Shown here one piece after another: positions 60,700 through 64,000 of a DNA stretch of 64,000 nt. Origin of the DNA: Eutreptiella sp. 'Long Island Sound 2002' (lineage: Eukaryota; Protista; Euglenida); contig OZ038378.1 in NCBI GenBank assembly GCA_964036045.1, positions 184,202,001 to 184,266,000 on the forward strand, written 5' to 3'. Position numbers and translations under genes: made by a program. The notes below the pieces were generated by a model. The model searched no databases, had not been told where the DNA came from, and worked only from the letters and a program-made list of their open reading frames with translations. The first letter of the stretch is position 1. Each line of letters opens with the position of its first letter.

Positions 60700-62600
60700 A
60701 GTTTATCGGGTTTATCCTTTCAATACCTCTTGATGCTTTCTTTGTTCCGGCTTTCAATCACCCTTGAAGGATCAAGTGAACCACGTCAAATGTTGGTCCT
60801 AGTTTGAGTATGGGCAGCAGCATCCATTGGGAAAATTTCGATTTCTGCAAAATGCAACCGATTGTGGGGTTGGTTCTTAGGATCGCCACCATCCCAAATA
60901 ATAGTGCATCACAACATTGCCCCTTCAATAACCCATGCAAGCACAAATGCACGCAGAATGACGGGCACTATGTGGTTCATGCGTGTGTAGAAGGTGTTAC
61001 AGTCAAGGGCACTCAACATGACCACAAGCGTCATCATTTTATGCGACAATTAGTGGCAACAGGAAACAAGAAAGAAGTTTGGGGAACCTTCCTACAAAAA
61101 AAGCTAAGAAAACTATCCCCAAAGAAACTCCTTGCACATTCTATTCAAGACTCTACATACATATATGTATCCCACACACATTTCCGAGCGCATCAAAGAT
61201 AGCTCGCTTGGGGGTACAACTTGATTCGGGGCAGCAATTGTGGGGGGATGCAAGCAAAGAAACCTTCCATCCACTTTAGTCATGACCCCTCTGCCCACAG
61301 CCTAAGCAAAGGAATGAAGTCCAACACAAATAGAAGAGCGCCGCAAATGCCTTGGCCATTGGGGGGAGCCACTTCTAAAGACACATCTCCGCGACTAGGC
61401 TGTGAGGCAACGCGCACGACATAGTGGCACAACATGAAAAGCATAGCTATGGCGAAAAAACATGGACACCCGGAAAGTCATGTCCAAGTGTGTACGTGGA
61501 GGGAGGAAAAGGTAGTACATGAGAGTCGTGCCGGGGGGGGCTGGTACGGGGTCCTAGTTGAACCCCATTCTTTTTAATGTATTCAAATTTGCTATGATGC
61601 GTACTCTTCAGCGGGCAACGTTAGGCAAGCATACACAAAGCGGGAAATTGGCTTGCGCCCATAACACAACTCGAAAAAAAATAGACACTCAGAAAGTCTC
61701 CAACCCAATGGAATCCAATCAAATCCCATCTCATTGTGGCTTGTCGTCCCGAAGGTCATTGTTGGGAAAAGGGGAAAAGCGTTCGACCTGCCGAGCCTTA
61801 AAAGGCTGACCGATGCACCTTCAATGTACAACACCGCCATGAGCTTACCAACTCCTCGTAAGGGGTGATGCTTCTGTCGCGGTGACAGGAATGTGGCTGC
61901 GCCTGGCCACCGTCACTCTGGTCTCGAAGCCACACCCCGCTTCCGCGAGTGGCCGACTTTTATATTCGCGAAGCCCAGCTTCGAGGCGGGTCATGTGCGC
62001 ACTGGTGTTCCTCCGACAGAATCACGCTTTGAGGCAAAAATAAGTTATGTTCATGCTTTCCATGGAGATAATCAACTCCATAAACCACCTGATATCCTTG
62101 TTTGCAGCCACACTTCATGCTGCACTTTTTCGGAGGCCTTGCAATTGCGTCGTCGATGTTCTCACTCGTGGAATGTTTCGTACGTAGTGGTGTCCCAAAT
62201 TGCAAGTCAAGATAACGATGTTTTTACATGATGCTTTCACACGGCTCCCCTTGGACTACAGTTACGTTACGTGGGTGGGGTGCCTACTCCACTCCGGGCC
62301 GAGACCGTTGGGAGTTTTGGACGCTCTAGGTTGCAAGTTGGAGCAAAGAAAAGTCCAAAATGGTTGCAGATTGGGGGGGTTCTCAAGAATGATCTCCCGG
62401 AGGAGCGAAAGTTCACCAACCCGACCTATGCCGTATTCTATTGATCGTTTGACTAAACTTTTTCTTGCATTTGGTCATTGTCATAAAATGGAGGGGTTGG
62501 GCATATGACTACAAGGGCGTGACCACATCAAAATTCTTCATCGCCATGGAGACAACTTAACGGGGGGGGGGTGTCTTCGATACCATGTTTGGTGTGCAAA
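60700..62600 (+). mobile_element. Heavily decayed Ty3/Gypsy pol remnant
   Basis: Ordered eroded motifs: MPWPLGGA, AHDIV, SKCV.G, KAFDL..LKRLTDAPS, LLVRGDAS, SQIASQDNDV..HDAFTRLP; boundaries approximate. Confidence 0.6.
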
Positions 62601-64000
62601 GCGCGTCGATTATTATCGCTTGTGGGAAGGATAGTCTTGACTTGGGGGATTGTTTGGGCATCGAAAACGGTTTCTTTCATAGCACGTTGTGCGCGAAGCA
62701 CCACCGTCCATGTGGGGTGCGACTCCTAGCCATGCCGGGGGGTATCGGATTCCGGCTGTGGTCGATGGGCTCTTCACCAACGGCTCCACCGGAAACGGCG
62801 CCGTCCATCCCTCGGTTCGCAACGGTAGTCCCACTCTTGGAAACTTCTACGGTGGCCTTCCGGAATCTCCGTACGCCGCGAGCTTCGGAACCGTTGTTCA
62901 TCCAATTGGCGGCTTCACCGGAAGTGTGTATAATGGTGCATCCTATCCCAACGGCACCTATGGCCCCACCTTGGCGCGTGGCATTGCGGATGTCAACGGT
63001 TATGCAATATCTGGATACACCGGTCCTCCGACGTACCACAATGGTGTTGTGGGTTCCGGTTCTCCCTTCGGCTCTAGTGGTATGGCTCCTCGTGCAACAA
63101 GATTAGTGGCGGAAACATGCGTTTAGTCATGGCGTTTTGGGGGCGTGGTTGGAGGTGGTATTTTTGATTGCTTGGTCACCACAGAAACCATGCCACGATT
63201 TGGCCACTCCCGTCTCGTCCACACTTGGTGGGATACTGGGGAAGGTCTTGTGTGGCTCCGTGTGCAATGAGTTGGTTGGGGAGGGGGAAAGCGCTAAGAG
63301 TTTTGCGCTACGAGCCCCTTGATCTTTGTGGTGCGATCCCTCTCAAAAAGAAGAGGATATCCTTGTGTAGTCGTGGGATAGTTTGTCAACTTCGAATCAA
63401 ACGACATGAACGCCACAAGTTAAATGAAGTGAATGACATGATCTTGATTCTTTTGGCACTGGCTGGAATAGTGTTTGTGTAAAGACACGCACCGCCGACC
63501 ATAAAATATGAAATGTTAAGTGCTTTACCTTTTTCTCGAAAAAGCATCGTATGAAAGTACTGTTCGTCGACTTGATGCTTTTTTTTAAAGTTGTTGAGCT
63601 TGTGCTCGTGTCGTTGCGCTGCAGTCAGTTGTAGACATGATCTTCGGTGCATGCTTGTGCACGGGGGCCGGATTTGTTTTCCCTCAAAGGCAAGCCACTA
63701 GGATTCCTAAAGGTTCCGTTCATACGTGCGCCAACTTCTCGTCAAAGCCCTCTCGTTGAATCGACGAATGCCGATGGGTAATCGACGAATGCCGATTGCC
63801 CGTCCCGGTCCATTTGAGTGTGGTAGGTCATGCTTGTGTCTTAGGTCAAGGCACCCCGTGGAGTTCTTCGAGTGTTGCAGAACAACAAAGATTAGCCCGT
63901 AGACAAACTGACCCTGAGCCGGTCGGGAGCCCGAACGCTCAATCGCGGTACGGGCGCCACCTGTCTGATCAACAAGTCGTGACGGCACAATTGTCGCGTG

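Noticed and set aside
62689-63126. Gly/Pro/Tyr/Asn-rich 145-aa ORF
   Set aside because: Stops occur immediately upstream in frame and there is no recognisable domain; possibly a retroelement remnant, not callable.

Overview
Eukaryotic, transposon-dense DNA, inferred to come from a photosynthetic euglenid (Euglena-like). The inference rests on a class-I-type tripartite plastid presequence, short acceptor-to-ATG distances suggesting spliced-leader trans-splicing, GTGTG donors and (CA)n tracts. Two intron-split host genes were reconstructed by hand, both on the minus strand: a plastid-targeted apocarotenoid/carotenoid cleavage oxygenase (5 exons, 47404->37685, ~682 aa) and a TraB-domain protein (4 exons, 31800->17019, ~358 aa). 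All seven predicted introns are GT-AG and phase 0. The rest is nested mobile DNA. (1) An apparently intact Ty3/Gypsy element (cut by the left edge) whose pol continues in frame after a single TAG and carries a DIRS-type N6-adenine DNA methyltransferase domain between protease and RT; this is the most striking observation. (2) A decayed Penelope-like element with the GIY-YIG endonuclease N-terminal to the RT, a gag-like CCHC ORF and 251-bp direct terminal repeats. (3) A decayed L1/Tx1-type LINE with a cellular-type RNase HI. (4) A decayed second Gypsy, PIF/Harbinger-related elements with ATT target duplications and 11-bp subterminal repeats, hAT and TA-targeting MITEs, and a tRNA-headed SINE stacked in a CA tract. 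All homology calls come from manual motif recognition; no database searches were run.
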